From positions 128,001-192,000 of the forward strand of contig JBBSXC010000004.1 in assembly GCA_038045945.1 (NCBI GenBank): a stretch of DNA of 64,000 bases, written 5' to 3'. The DNA is from Nanobdellota archaeon (GTDB taxonomy: Archaea > Nanobdellota > Nanobdellia > Pacearchaeales > GW2011-AR1). Position 1 is the stretch's first letter. Every line of letters starts with the position of its first letter. Below the pieces are notes generated by a model. It did not search any database and was not told where the DNA came from. It saw only the letters and a list, made by a program, of their open reading frames with translations. Position numbers and translations under genes: made by a program. This document shows, piece after piece, positions 19,507-30,213 of the stretch.

Positions 19507-22197
19507 TTAATAATAGAGAATAGTATCAGATTTTAAAGGAAGAGAAATGCAGCTATTAACATGATTCTTTGAACCTTCACCAATATCAACAGAACCACTA
19601 ATATATTTCTCAACACTGATATTAGCCTTAAGAGAATTATTTATTCTGTTAATCATGACCGATGAGTTAAAGCTAAGATAAGCCTTATTCAGAGGAATAA
19701 AACGAACATTATCAAGAACTAACCTATCAGAACTAATTACCAAACTCTTATTATAATAATTAGAGTTTACGGAAATAGCTAAAGGATTAATACAAGTAGC
19801 AGGCCTATCATGCAAAGAACTGTTTATTGATAAACCATTAATTTCTACAGTTTTAAAAATTACTTGAGGTCTTGAAAACTTCATAGTATTTTTAACAGTC
19901 TGATAATATGATAAATAAATAATTATAGAATCTGCATGGAAACTGTTACTAACTGAAACATCATAAAAAGCGATAGTCCCAGTAAGAAGATTATCACTAA
20001 TTTTTCCAATACTAACACCTAAAGCAGTTCGTTCATTAATTATCCCTTCAATACTCGATGGCCTTAAAATCTGATTCTTTAACAAAAATAAGAATAATAA
20101 GATAACAAAAATTATTAAAGCCGCAGTCATCCACCACCTAATAATAAACTGAAAATCTTTATCTCTTTTTGAGATAATCTTAGGAGTAATACTCTTACGA
20201 GTAAAAAAGCAATAACATGATAAGCAAGCAATAATAAAAAATGACAATAACAAAAATAGATATATCTTCTTCAGATCATACTTAAAGACCAAATCATGAT
20301 AGCCAGAAGGCAGATCAATGGCTATTCTGCCCAGAGAATCTTTACCATAAGAATATTTTTCCCCGTCTACTCTCAACAGATAATCTTTCTTGTATAAAAG
20401 ATTAATAGTTATTATATTAGGTGAAGAAAAATTAGTTTCAAATGATAAAGATTTTTTATCAATATTATAAGGTATACTTCCGCCACCATAAAAAACATAC
20501 GCCTTACTCGAGGGTAGCTTAATTATGGATAATTCCGAATTTTTATAAATAGTCTCTAGACCCACAAGTTCATTGTGATAAGAAAGACTATCATGAGGAA
20601 CGATAACATACATAACCCCATATTCCTCAAGCGAAGAGATATTTAGAGTCACGCCAGACAAGCCAGTACGGCTTATAGGAATTTTTTCTTCAGTAAGCTT
20701 ATCAATAAATGGCTCATAACCAGAAATATGATCAAGACCATAGTAAGTTGCAAAGTTTTGAGAAAGATAATAAGATTCAGGAAATGATGAAGTATAATTT
20801 GAATATTTGATATTAGAAGGATTATGAGAGCTATTTGTAAAAACACTAACAAATCTCCCACCACTCAGATTTAATTCTTTAAACAAAGAAGTGTTTAATG
20901 GCAATTTATCACCATAAGAAGACCAAGCGACTTTATGCGAGATAGAAAGGTGATAAATAAGTAACAAAGAAAATAAAACTACACAAATAGTATAAAGTAA
21001 TTTCTTGCCTTTTTCTTTGTTTATTAAGAATTTGCTAGCAAACATACCTCCAGCAACAATAGTGAAAAAATTAGTAAAAAGAGTTATTTTGAATGGTGAT
21101 GAAAAATTCTTTATCACTGGAAGGAAAGCACCTAATAAGTAAACCAAACCAAAATAACCAATACTAAGAATTATTGATAGTACAGCCATGTTAGTTATTA
21201 CTTCAGATTTTTTGATAATTTTCCATTTATACTTGTACAAAGAATAAAACAATCCAATAAAGAAAATTATTGAAAATAAAGCACCAGAATAATAAATGCT
21301 TATGAAATCACCTCCAGAATAACCAAAGGAACTGCTAGAATGAACTAAAGGATAAGAAATTATCGACCCTAGAAATAAGTCTGATGGAGATGAAGGAAGA
21401 CTAAATATGTAACCAATAAAGTTCCTGCTTCCACGAAGAGAATCATTAACAGTTAATAGCTGAGGCACTAGTAAAGGAATGGCAATCGCAATAGTGAATA
21501 TTGCTGAAAAGACGTATTTTTCAGCTAAACCTTTAATATTTTCCCAATTTCTTCTTTTACACATGGATAAAAGATATAAAAATTCAAAGATTAGAGTAAA
21601 TGCAAAGTATTGAGCGTTACCAGAATAAAAATAAATTCCTCTAACTGCTCCTAAAACTATTGCTTTTTTGAATGTTGGATCCTTTAATAAATAATCATCA
21701 AGAAGAAGAATTAGCGGAAGAAACAGAGCAGTAGGCACCACATAGTACCAATTTGCTGAACCAATAATCACATAACCTGAAAAAATGAAGGCAATTGAGG
21801 CTAATAACGATATTAGTTCATTTTTAGTCTTTGAATTAATAAATAAGTAAGCAACTATGAAAGCTAGAATTAAATGAATAAGGACAAAAATTTCGATTGT
21901 AAAAAAATCATTATGGAAGATATAGTGAGATAAAAAGTAGGATAGAATCATCAAAGGGTATAGAACTGCGTAAGTACCAACCTCAAATATTTTTACTCCC
22001 ATGAATTGATGTAGATTAACACTAGGAAAATCACCCGAGAATAACTGCTCCATCCCTTCAATGATTGTTGGGAGGAATTGTGCTAAGTTATCGTCTTTTG
22101 TGAAGTTGTAAGGGTGAAGAAATTCCAAGTAAGAAAAAAGCATTATTACAATAATCAACCCAATAAGAATGTACTTCTTGTTCTTACTCAATACCAT
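19507..22197 (-). CDS. Large YfhO-like GT-C membrane protein with extra C-terminal domain
   Basis: DD..QF.P after TM1, LYP, FSGY and SGY motifs, more than 12 TM helices. Confidence 0.7.
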   Translation of the reverse strand: MVLSKNKKYILIGLIIVIMLFSYLEFLHPYNFTKDDNLAQFLPTIIEGMEQLFSGDFPSVNLHQFMGVKIFEVGTYAVLYPLMILSYFLSHYIFHNDFFTIEIFVLIHLILAFIVAYLFINSKTKNELISLLASIAFIFSGYVIIGSANWYYVVPTALFLPLILLLDDYLLKDPTFKKAIVLGAVRGIYFYSGNAQYFAFTLIFEFLYLLSMCKRRNWENIKGLAEKYVFSAIFTIAIAIPLLVPQLLTVNDSLRGSRNFIGYIFSLPSSPSDLFLGSIISYPLVHSSSSFGYSGGDFISIYYSGALFSIIFFIGLFYSLYKYKWKIIKKSEVITNMAVLSIILSIGYFGLVYLLGAFLPVIKNFSSPFKITLFTNFFTIVAGGMFASKFLINKEKGKKLLYTICVVLFSLLLIYHLSISHKVAWSSYGDKLPLNTSLFKELNLSGGRFVSVFTNSSHNPSNIKYSNYTSSFPESYYLSQNFATYYGLDHISGYEPFIDKLTEEKIPISRTGLSGVTLNISSLEEYGVMYVIVPHDSLSYHNELVGLETIYKNSELSIIKLPSSKAYVFYGGGSIPYNIDKKSLSFETNFSSPNIITINLLYKKDYLLRVDGEKYSYGKDSLGRIAIDLPSGYHDLVFKYDLKKIYLFLLLSFFIIACLSCYCFFTRKSITPKIISKRDKDFQFIIRWWMTAALIIFVILLFLFLLKNQILRPSSIEGIINERTALGVSIGKISDNLLTGTIAFYDVSVSNSFHADSIIIYLSYYQTVKNTMKFSRPQVIFKTVEINGLSINSSLHDRPATCINPLAISVNSNYYNKSLVISSDRLVLDNVRFIPLNKAYLSFNSSVMINRINNSLKANISVEKYISGSVDIGEGSKNHVNSCISLPLKSDTILYY

Positions 22198-22253
22198 AAA
22201 AAACAGTGAGAATCATCCTTTAAAATATCTGTTATTTATGAGAGCATACATCA

Positions 22254-22895
22254 CTAATCTAAATTTACAACACCAGACTTTTCCCACACCCCAACATAGT
22301 CTTTAGCCGTCATTACTGCATCAAGTTTGAAATCAAGTTTTTTTAGTTGCTCAATATAGTTTTGTATATCAGCAGGTCTCCCCCACCTTTCAGGACATAC
22401 TAAACAAGTCTTAAATTTCTTTAGTGTTGGTATAGCCTCCGAAGTTATTGGCATTTTTGTGTTTGTATCAACCCAAACCCAGTCAAGCATTGGCTGCCCT
22501 TGTTCATCAATTTGTGCTTGAACATACTCTATTGGTTCTGCTTCACTAAACCTTATTGATACTTTTCTCATGTTTTCCTTACGCGTTGCTCTATAAACAT
22601 ATGGGAATTCTTCATCTTGAAAAAACCAATCTTTTACTTTGTACTTGTGCATAAGCTCAATAATTTTTTTTTCATAACCCATTTCTTTAACGTTTAGGAC
22701 CATTATTGCATGATTCCAATGCCTCAAATATTCTTCAAAATCAGTATAAGCATTACTCTTTATGCCCTCATCAGTTAATGGATCATGAGACATAAACAAT
22801 TTATCACCATAACCCCTAAGATCAAGCTCAACACCATGATTATGAGGAACATCCTTTAGTTGTCCAACAGTATTGATACGATGACGAATAATCAT
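22254..22895 (-). CDS. PLC-like/GDPD-like phosphodiesterase-family protein
   Basis: HRIN, GVELDLR, SHDP, LNVK, WVWVD, VCPE. Start moved to ATG 22895, which overlaps the GT2 stop (ATGA). Confidence 0.72.
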   Translation of the reverse strand: MIIRHRINTVGQLKDVPHNHGVELDLRGYGDKLFMSHDPLTDEGIKSNAYTDFEEYLRHWNHAIMVLNVKEMGYEKKIIELMHKYKVKDWFFQDEEFPYVYRATRKENMRKVSIRFSEAEPIEYVQAQIDEQGQPMLDWVWVDTNTKMPITSEAIPTLKKFKTCLVCPERWGRPADIQNYIEQLKKLDFKLDAVMTAKDYVGVWEKSGVVNLD

Positions 22896-23617
22896 GTTAA
22901 TTGCCTCTTCATTTCTCTTGTAAACTTCATAGTTCTTTTGATAAACTTGATTCTGGCTTTCCATCCCGTATTCCAAGCGCTTTCGCCGAAAATGCGTTTA
23001 CCAAAATGGACAGGAAAACGAACAATCTTATAACCATTAATTTTGGCACTATAATAAACAAATAAGTCAAAAGCAAAATCTTTAGGAGGATTGACTAAAT
23101 TTTTTAAAAAAGAACGATGAAAGATATTCGGCTGAGCGTTAATATCATACATCCAAGTTTTAAGCATTAAAGTTTCAAAAAGCGACATGCCAAGACCATT
23201 AACTAGTTTATCAACTAATGGTCTGCCGTAACGCTTACCCTTAACAAAGGCATTATTAGGATTAACCTGAGTTTTTATAATCTCTAATGCCCTTAGAGTA
23301 TCAGCTGGCGGCGTTTGAAGATCAGAATGAGTCCAACCAATAAATTCGCCTTTAGCAACTTTGAGACCATTATACAAAGAGACACCATAACCAGGCTCTT
23401 TAGTAAACAACGGCCTGATGAAATTATACTTTTTAGACATCGCAATTATAACTCTTCTTGTTCCGTCCTTACTACCACCATCCTCAACAAAAATGACTTC
23501 GATATCAGCTTTTTTTGAAATCTTAAGAAATTCTCCTACAACCCTAGAAATATTTTTTTCTTCGTTAAAAACAGGAAGAACAATACTTAATTCAATTTTT
23601 CTTGATTTTGTTGACAT
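22892..23617 (-). CDS. GT2, dolichol-phosphate-sugar synthase-like
   Basis: SIVLPVFNE, DGGSKDGT, GYG, HSDLQ motifs. Confidence 0.85.
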   Translation of the reverse strand: MSTKSRKIELSIVLPVFNEEKNISRVVGEFLKISKKADIEVIFVEDGGSKDGTRRVIIAMSKKYNFIRPLFTKEPGYGVSLYNGLKVAKGEFIGWTHSDLQTPPADTLRALEIIKTQVNPNNAFVKGKRYGRPLVDKLVNGLGMSLFETLMLKTWMYDINAQPNIFHRSFLKNLVNPPKDFAFDLFVYYSAKINGYKIVRFPVHFGKRIFGESAWNTGWKARIKFIKRTMKFTREMKRQLT

Positions 23618-24428
23618 GAGTAAAATACCTCTCCCACAGTTTGTTATCTTTTTCTGAAATTTTTAGGTCTTCCAGCTTCTTAAACTTGTAGAAGTACTCT
23701 ATTTTTTCGTATTCATGAAATTCGCTAGGTGTTCCCCAACCAATAAGCAGATCAACATCAAATATACAACTCTTACGACCATCAAGCTTTAAAGAGAGAG
23801 GCAAATTATCAAGATAGAACTCATTATTAGTCTTAATTTCATGCTTAATCATAGTTCTAATAGCCTGATACAGTATTTCTTTAGAACGAACCCAAAAAGT
23901 TGCAGCAACAACATGGTCATTGAAAGGATTATCTGATATAGGAACCTTAACACTCATATCATTAATTGTTTTCCCATCCTTATCAAGAACTGCGTAACCC
24001 CAAGCTTTGGGACTCGCAGGAATTCTAGAATCCTTAGTGAAAGTCCATAAAACACAGTCATAATTAGAATTCTTTAATGACTCAAATTCTTTCTCGTTAT
24101 AGACAAACCCCATGTCACAACCGGCTATGAAGACATCTTCACCTGCAGGAATGTGTTCTTCAGCACAAAATATTGATGCTCCACCAAGCAAGTCTTTATC
24201 AACAGTTATTATCGCACCAGGTATTTTTGCTTTTATTGCTTTATCAATAGAGAAGTCATCAATATGTTCTTGCCTAACAACAAAAATCCATTTATTAGCT
24301 TTTGGCAAACAATCAATAACTTTCCAGATCATAGGCTCACCATCAATAGGAATAAGAGGTTTAGGAAGAGAATAACCCACTTCAGAAAAACGTTTACCAC
24401 GACCAGCCATAGTAATCAAGTTTATCAT
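23592..24428 (-). CDS. Sugar-phosphate nucleotidyltransferase-like (BcbE-like)
   Basis: MAGRGKRF..GY.LPKPLI, CD, EFY, WGTP. Confidence 0.82.
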   Translation of the reverse strand: MINLITMAGRGKRFSEVGYSLPKPLIPIDGEPMIWKVIDCLPKANKWIFVVRQEHIDDFSIDKAIKAKIPGAIITVDKDLLGGASIFCAEEHIPAGEDVFIAGCDMGFVYNEKEFESLKNSNYDCVLWTFTKDSRIPASPKAWGYAVLDKDGKTINDMSVKVPISDNPFNDHVVAATFWVRSKEILYQAIRTMIKHEIKTNNEFYLDNLPLSLKLDGRKSCIFDVDLLIGWGTPSEFHEYEKIEYFYKFKKLEDLKISEKDNKLWERYFTHVNKIKKN

Positions 24429-24464
24429 AATACTAAAAGCAACAAAGGATTTTTAAGACTATCT

Positions 24465-25262
24465 TCATCCAGAAAATTCATCAACAAAAGCTTCTAATAA
24501 GGGAACCCTACCTCTTACCATATCCACATTATTATCAGTAAGATCATCACCTACCCTAACAGGTAATTTATATCCTAAAGAAAGGGTTACCTTATCAGTT
24601 TCGTCCTGACTGATACCAGCATGATCTCCTTGGTGGTTTGAATAATCAATTGAGGATTCCAAAATTTTTCCCTTACTACCTGCCGCAATAGCCCTAAGAT
24701 TAATAATAGTTTCAGACGTTCTTCTTAACCATGCATTCCACCTAAATCCAGCATGTGCAAGACTTCTATTTTTTTCACCATCATTAGATAGTTTTTTTGC
24801 CAATTCTGCTTCAATGGAAGAAAAAAATGCTAGCCCTTCTTCACTAATGGGTCTGTCATCAAGTATATTATTCTCATAAGTACTTACATTAAGATTCACG
24901 GAATAAGTAAAATAACCGGGACTTTTGTTGCCCGTATAGCTAATATCAAAATTATCTTGTCCTCTAAGAGCAATAACATTACTCTTTAACCCTCTGACTT
25001 TAGGCACATACTTTTGGAGAGAACGAATAAGGTTAGGATCTATTAGTAAACCTCTTTTTATGCTAACACCAAGATAATTTAGAGCGTCAATATTTTCGGC
25101 AGAACCCGTAAGTTCCTTCTTTTCCCAGTATAAACCACTACTAAAATTGAATCTTGATCGAAGTACAACACCAGGTCTTATCTGATCATCTAGAAAAACT
25201 TCATCCAAATCTTTTCTTTTTAGTCCAGCAATTGTCTTTCTAATTCCATCATCTATTCTCAT
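24465..25262 (-). CDS. Hypothetical protein
   Basis: Long ORF with no recognised motif; start moved to ATG 25262. Confidence 0.6.
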   Translation of the reverse strand: MRIDDGIRKTIAGLKRKDLDEVFLDDQIRPGVVLRSRFNFSSGLYWEKKELTGSAENIDALNYLGVSIKRGLLIDPNLIRSLQKYVPKVRGLKSNVIALRGQDNFDISYTGNKSPGYFTYSVNLNVSTYENNILDDRPISEEGLAFFSSIEAELAKKLSNDGEKNRSLAHAGFRWNAWLRRTSETIINLRAIAAGSKGKILESSIDYSNHQGDHAGISQDETDKVTLSLGYKLPVRVGDDLTDNNVDMVRGRVPLLEAFVDEFSG

Positions 25263-25397
25263 GATCTCTAGTAAAATAAGAGGGTATATAAACATTTCTT
25301 TTATAGTCACTTTTAAGTAACACTAATAAACCTCTTACTAGACCATATTATGATTTCACTCTATAAATCTTTATAAAGATTCTTATAAAAAAACTCT

Positions 25398-26255
25398 ATG
25401 AGAGATATGATAGAAACAATAAGAGAAGCAGGAAGATATGCATTGTCAATGCAAGGGCATGTCAAGCCAAAAGTGAAAGTCGTAAGCGACAGAGAAAAGC
25501 ATAAACATGATGAAAAAGAATTATTCTCAGCAGTAGACTTAGAAGTTCAGAGGAGGATTATTGATAAACTAGTCAGAACTTATGGATCAGAGATAGGAAT
25601 AATAGCAGAAGAGGAAAGCAGAGAATTTAGCAGCCTAAGAAACTTCGGAAAGTTTACTAGCGGGATCAATGCAGCAATAGACCCAATTGATGGAACAAAG
25701 AATTATCTACAAGGATCAAAAATGTGGGGAATATCATTAGGAATAATGCAGGGAAGAGAACCAATAAGTGGAATAATACATTATCCAGCACTAGAATTAA
25801 CACTAGAAACAATAGCAGGTGATGGAACATTCATCAATGGTGAAAGAATAAAATTAGGATCCAGTTATAAAAATGGAGACTTTGTAAGAGTTAGTGGAAG
25901 CATCTCAGATTATGAAAGAATAAGAAAGTTATTCCCAAAAGACAATATTGCTCCAAGAAGTTTTGTTGTAACAATTCTAAGTTTATTAGGAAGAGAAGAA
26001 TTAAAATCTCAAAATTACAAAGCTTATTTTGGAGGAAATATCGATGTTTGCGATTTAGGACCATCAGCACTAGCCTATAAGGAAGCAGGAGGAGTTGTAA
26101 TGGACATGAATGGTAGAGATGGTAATCCTTTAGCTCAGACTTATAATGATGGTAAGACCCTAAGAACAAAAAAAGAATTTGTCATGGCACCAAACACTGA
26201 AAGCGCAATTAGAATAATAAGCAAGATAAGAACAGAAAGATTAAGATCACAATAA
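25398..26255 (+). CDS. Inositol monophosphatase/FBPase-family phosphatase
   Basis: AEE, IDPIDGTKNY, D.....EAGG motifs. Confidence 0.88.
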   Translation: MRDMIETIREAGRYALSMQGHVKPKVKVVSDREKHKHDEKELFSAVDLEVQRRIIDKLVRTYGSEIGIIAEEESREFSSLRNFGKFTSGINAAIDPIDGTKNYLQGSKMWGISLGIMQGREPISGIIHYPALELTLETIAGDGTFINGERIKLGSSYKNGDFVRVSGSISDYERIRKLFPKDNIAPRSFVVTILSLLGREELKSQNYKAYFGGNIDVCDLGPSALAYKEAGGVVMDMNGRDGNPLAQTYNDGKTLRTKKEFVMAPNTESAIRIISKIRTERLRSQ

Positions 26256-27131
26256 TCCCTTACCGAAAGAGTGAAAATTTGATAATGAAAAAAATTCTTT
26301 CCAGTAATCAAAGATTCTTCTCCCATCAGAAATTTTGAATTTTATTGTTTCCTCAGCGATTAATCCGCTAGTAATTTTCTTAAATAATTCTGACCACCAC
26401 TGATACTCTTGCAAATCCTGCGGAGTACCCCACTGACAAAAATACTTGTGCTCATAAACATACACTTTTAGTTTATCTCTAAGCATCAACTCATAGACAG
26501 TGCTAACATAATGCTCACCATTTATTTTTTTATCATTAAAGCTTAATAATTCTGAAAAGTAATCCTTAACCATTTTACCACTACTGAAATAATAAGTACC
26601 AGATGAATGCCAAGTATCAAAGGGGCTTGGAGTAAACCTGTGTTTTTCTTTAATTTCAAGCACCCGATTATTTTCATCAGCCTTAACACCCGCGTATAAT
26701 TGCCCCCTAAGAAGGTGAGGATGAAAACCAGTATAGCAAGGAACACAACCATCAGCACCAGTTTTTTCCACCATCATCTTAAAATTGCCATAATCCCAGT
26801 AAGCATTAAAATCACAATAGTTAACAATGATTGGAGAATCATCATGGAGGAATTTTTTAGCTTTCATGACTGCATAAACAGGTCCGAATTTGTGAGGCTT
26901 GATAGAAATTATTTTTGCTGAAGGTTTGAGTTTTTTTATTATTTCTCTCATTTTAGTGTTTTTTAGGTGATCTGAGTTACATATGAACAAAAAATCATCT
27001 TCTCCAGGAAACATATTAATCACGTGCTCAATAATAGGCTTGCCTTCAACTTCAATCAAGGGTTTAGGATTAGAATACCCCGATTCGATGAACCTCCTAC
27101 CAATACCAGACATAGGGATTACTATTTGCAT
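26247..27131 (-). CDS. Sugar-phosphate nucleotidyltransferase-like (BcbE-like)
   Basis: IPMSGIGRRF..PKPLI, NYCD, NGEHYV, WGTP. Confidence 0.82.
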   Translation of the reverse strand: MQIVIPMSGIGRRFIESGYSNPKPLIEVEGKPIIEHVINMFPGEDDFLFICNSDHLKNTKMREIIKKLKPSAKIISIKPHKFGPVYAVMKAKKFLHDDSPIIVNYCDFNAYWDYGNFKMMVEKTGADGCVPCYTGFHPHLLRGQLYAGVKADENNRVLEIKEKHRFTPSPFDTWHSSGTYYFSSGKMVKDYFSELLSFNDKKINGEHYVSTVYELMLRDKLKVYVYEHKYFCQWGTPQDLQEYQWWSELFKKITSGLIAEETIKFKISDGRRIFDYWKEFFSLSNFHSFGKGLL

Positions 27132-28105
27132 TATTCTTCCACACTCCTCTTACGATATTTTTCTTCTTCCATGTTAACCAATTCTTCAACATCACGTACA
27201 CTCAAAGGTTTAATTTCTCCCAAGACTCTAGAATAATTTAATACATGATTATGAGCGTATAAAACTTCATCAATGTTTCTTGAAGACTTCTCAGATAACT
27301 GGTAGAAAAGGCGGCCATCCAAAACACTCGCCTTCCCCTTTCCCCTTTTTAGGTCTTCCAGAAATACAACAGCGTCAGGAAACATATAGACTCCAGAAAG
27401 ACTATCACCAATAACCGAGCCCAAAAATCCGCTCATACCATCATGAATGTGAGGAACAGGAGGAGAATAAGGAGGTAGAACAAGGTTAGTTCTATCAAGA
27501 ACCAAGGACTTAGCAGCATTAGAAATTATTAAAGTTTTTTCTAAACAATCCTTAGGAGTCTGGCCAGAAACCAATAATCCATGATTTCTAAGGATAAACG
27601 AAGGGTACCTACACCCTTTTGCATTCAAAGATAAAAAAGAGGAATAAACTTGTTTTGCAAGATTGAAACCAGGCCTGAAATAGTCAACAACTGCAACATC
27701 ATCAAGCCCCAGTGAAGAGAGTAAACTTGCAGGATCGCTAAGACCAGATATAGAGTTTAGAAATATTGGATGAGTATGCAAAACGCACCTAGGAAGATAG
27801 GAATGAAACCCAACTTCCATAGAAGGTTTAAGACCACCATTAGAATCAAGGATAGAAAATTTGATTAGATCACGAGACTGCTCTTCACTTTCTGCAGAGC
27901 CATGTTCAAAAGATTCTCTTATTAGAGGATGATTGACAAGAACATAACCAGACTTACAGTTTACATCAGAAAGATTGAAACCAGAAGCCTTAATCCACAT
28001 AGAACGAGAATTTTTTACTGAAGCATTAGCCCCACCAGCCTGAGTCAATTCTATGTTCTTACCGATTTGGGAACACATAAGGACAAGGTCTTTAACCTCT
28101 TTCAT
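27131..28105 (-). CDS. Class II aldolase/adducin-family protein
   Basis: GANASVK, IKASG, PSME..FH, HTHP, L.NHG metal-binding motifs. Confidence 0.85.
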   Translation of the reverse strand: MKEVKDLVLMCSQIGKNIELTQAGGANASVKNSRSMWIKASGFNLSDVNCKSGYVLVNHPLIRESFEHGSAESEEQSRDLIKFSILDSNGGLKPSMEVGFHSYLPRCVLHTHPIFLNSISGLSDPASLLSSLGLDDVAVVDYFRPGFNLAKQVYSSFLSLNAKGCRYPSFILRNHGLLVSGQTPKDCLEKTLIISNAAKSLVLDRTNLVLPPYSPPVPHIHDGMSGFLGSVIGDSLSGVYMFPDAVVFLEDLKRGKGKASVLDGRLFYQLSEKSSRNIDEVLYAHNHVLNYSRVLGEIKPLSVRDVEELVNMEEEKYRKRSVEE

Positions 28106-30213
28106 AAAGAGTAACCCCCATACTTATCCAGAAGCTTTCTATGAAGACAGTATATAGATAATAACTGTATAACCCCGGCAATTCCACCAGAAACATTTTT
28201 TAATGAAAGACCATACTCATCATGATCAATGTTTAAAGCCCTTAGAACCCTTACCAATTCATCACGATTTGGAAAATCGTTAAAGGTCATCCTTTGGAAT
28301 TTATTGTTAGGATAATCAAGACTGAGATTGACCTTTGAGTTCTTATTAAAAGAGCTTATCAGCGGTTCAATGTCTATATCAGACCTAATCCATATCTGAA
28401 GCCCATAATCAACCTTACGGTCCTCTTCAATATCAATCCTTATATCACTCTCGGGAATTAAAGAAAATATCAAGTCAGCGTTATCCCTCTGAGGAGAAAT
28501 ATACTTTTCAGAATCAACCTTCCTCTTGTTTATCGCTGACAAAACTTTTTCTTTAGAATAACCCCTTTCCTTAACATCACGATTTATTTTCCAATAAAGC
28601 TTCAACTCAGGAGAAGGGTCCATGTAAACTTTAAGGTCATATAATCCCCTGGTATCAACAAGGAAGGTATGCAATCCTTCATCAATAATATAATTTTTAG
28701 GAACAACAATCTTTGGATTTGTAAACTTGCCAGTGGAATGGTCATACTTAGACCTTAGGATAGATCTACCCTTCTTCAGGTTTGATATCTGCCTATAATG
28801 ATGATGAATCTTGTTACTCTGAGGGTTGAGATGAGTAAGTTTTTCCCAGTTGACGTCCCCCCTTTCCCACCTATGAACATCATCACCATGGATAATCGTC
28901 GCTTCTGAAGGTTTAAAAATTTGAAAAATATAATCAGAAGTCGTAGTTTTACCACTTCCAGAATCACCAGAAATACCAATGACAGGTATACCCTCTTGCT
29001 GTTGGAACAGAAGACTACTCTTAACACCGTACTTGTACATCAAATATGAAATATATATAAGAGTTGACGAAAGGAAGGTAAAGGCAAGACTAAGGATTAA
29101 CACACTGTTAAGCCCTAAACTTTTAAGGATGTAGTATGGAGTCTGAATTTGGGATAATTCAGGAGAAATAAGAGAAAATACCGCCCAAACGTCTGATTGT
29201 GGAACAAGGAAGAAATACAACAAGTAAAAAGCATTAAATCCTAAGTATAGAAACTTACTGCTAGTGTTATTCTGCTTCACAAAGAAGTAAACAACAAACG
29301 GTATACACCAAATATACCACCCTAGTGAAGGCCTAACTAGAGTGACAAAAATTGTGAAGGTCACACCAGTCAGCATGAAGAGAATGTTTTTTGTTATAGT
29401 ACGAAAAGATGCAGCCTTAAAAATAACATAACCATACAAAGCTATAACTAAAAAGAAATAAACCTGTCCGGAAAATGGAATAGCAAGTTCAAAAACTCTT
29501 AATTCTGATTGACTGTTATAATTAGAGGATAACATTCCAGCAATGAATGGAGTTAAGACGGCAAAGAAAACAGTGAGAGTAACAAGCAGATAAATCCACC
29601 TTTCTCTAGTAGAATAATTTTTTTTCCATAAGAAAAGAAGGAACAGAGGAAGGATAAGCAATACCCCAAACTTTGTAGCTAAAGATAAAGCCATGAATAT
29701 TGAAGAATAGAAAAGTTTTTTAGTGAACAAAAAATAGAAAGAAAGCATTAAGAGAGCTATAGGAATTATGTCAAGCTGCCCGCTTATATAAGTGGAATAA
29801 ACTATTATCGGAGAAGCCCAGTATAACAGCATTACCTTATTATAATGCTTTGGAAGAAGGCCTAAAAGAGTGGCAAGTATCACAACGTCTGAAATTAACA
29901 AAGGAATCCTTATTAGAAACGAGTCAAGAAATGAAACAAATGCGTTATTAAGGAAAGAGAAAAATAGGAAGGGTAAACCTATAATTATAGCCATCAAAGG
30001 AGCATAAGGAAATGACTGAGTCGAAAGACTACTATAAGGGTTTGAAAAAGGATTATAAGCAAAAGCTTTTGCAATAAAAATGTTAGAATTTGCAGAATCA
30101 ACAGAGATGAATACAACAGCAAAGAGAAGCTTTATTGCAAGAACGGTCAAGAAAACCCTGTTAGAAAATAATGATTTTATAACACCGCTCAAGCCACTAT
30201 CAGAAACTACCAT
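28102..30213 (-). CDS. Fusion of a GT-C-like membrane domain and a uridine kinase/phosphoribulokinase-family P-loop domain
   Basis: About 400 aa polytopic N-terminus (YAP, GQLD, K motifs), then GISGDSGSGKTT, DDVH, YDHSTG, EGLH, RD..RG. Confidence 0.8.
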   Translation of the reverse strand: MVVSDSGLSGVIKSLFSNRVFLTVLAIKLLFAVVFISVDSANSNIFIAKAFAYNPFSNPYSSLSTQSFPYAPLMAIIIGLPFLFFSFLNNAFVSFLDSFLIRIPLLISDVVILATLLGLLPKHYNKVMLLYWASPIIVYSTYISGQLDIIPIALLMLSFYFLFTKKLFYSSIFMALSLATKFGVLLILPLFLLFLWKKNYSTRERWIYLLVTLTVFFAVLTPFIAGMLSSNYNSQSELRVFELAIPFSGQVYFFLVIALYGYVIFKAASFRTITKNILFMLTGVTFTIFVTLVRPSLGWYIWCIPFVVYFFVKQNNTSSKFLYLGFNAFYLLYFFLVPQSDVWAVFSLISPELSQIQTPYYILKSLGLNSVLILSLAFTFLSSTLIYISYLMYKYGVKSSLLFQQQEGIPVIGISGDSGSGKTTTSDYIFQIFKPSEATIIHGDDVHRWERGDVNWEKLTHLNPQSNKIHHHYRQISNLKKGRSILRSKYDHSTGKFTNPKIVVPKNYIIDEGLHTFLVDTRGLYDLKVYMDPSPELKLYWKINRDVKERGYSKEKVLSAINKRKVDSEKYISPQRDNADLIFSLIPESDIRIDIEEDRKVDYGLQIWIRSDIDIEPLISSFNKNSKVNLSLDYPNNKFQRMTFNDFPNRDELVRVLRALNIDHDEYGLSLKNVSGGIAGVIQLLSIYCLHRKLLDKYGGYSL

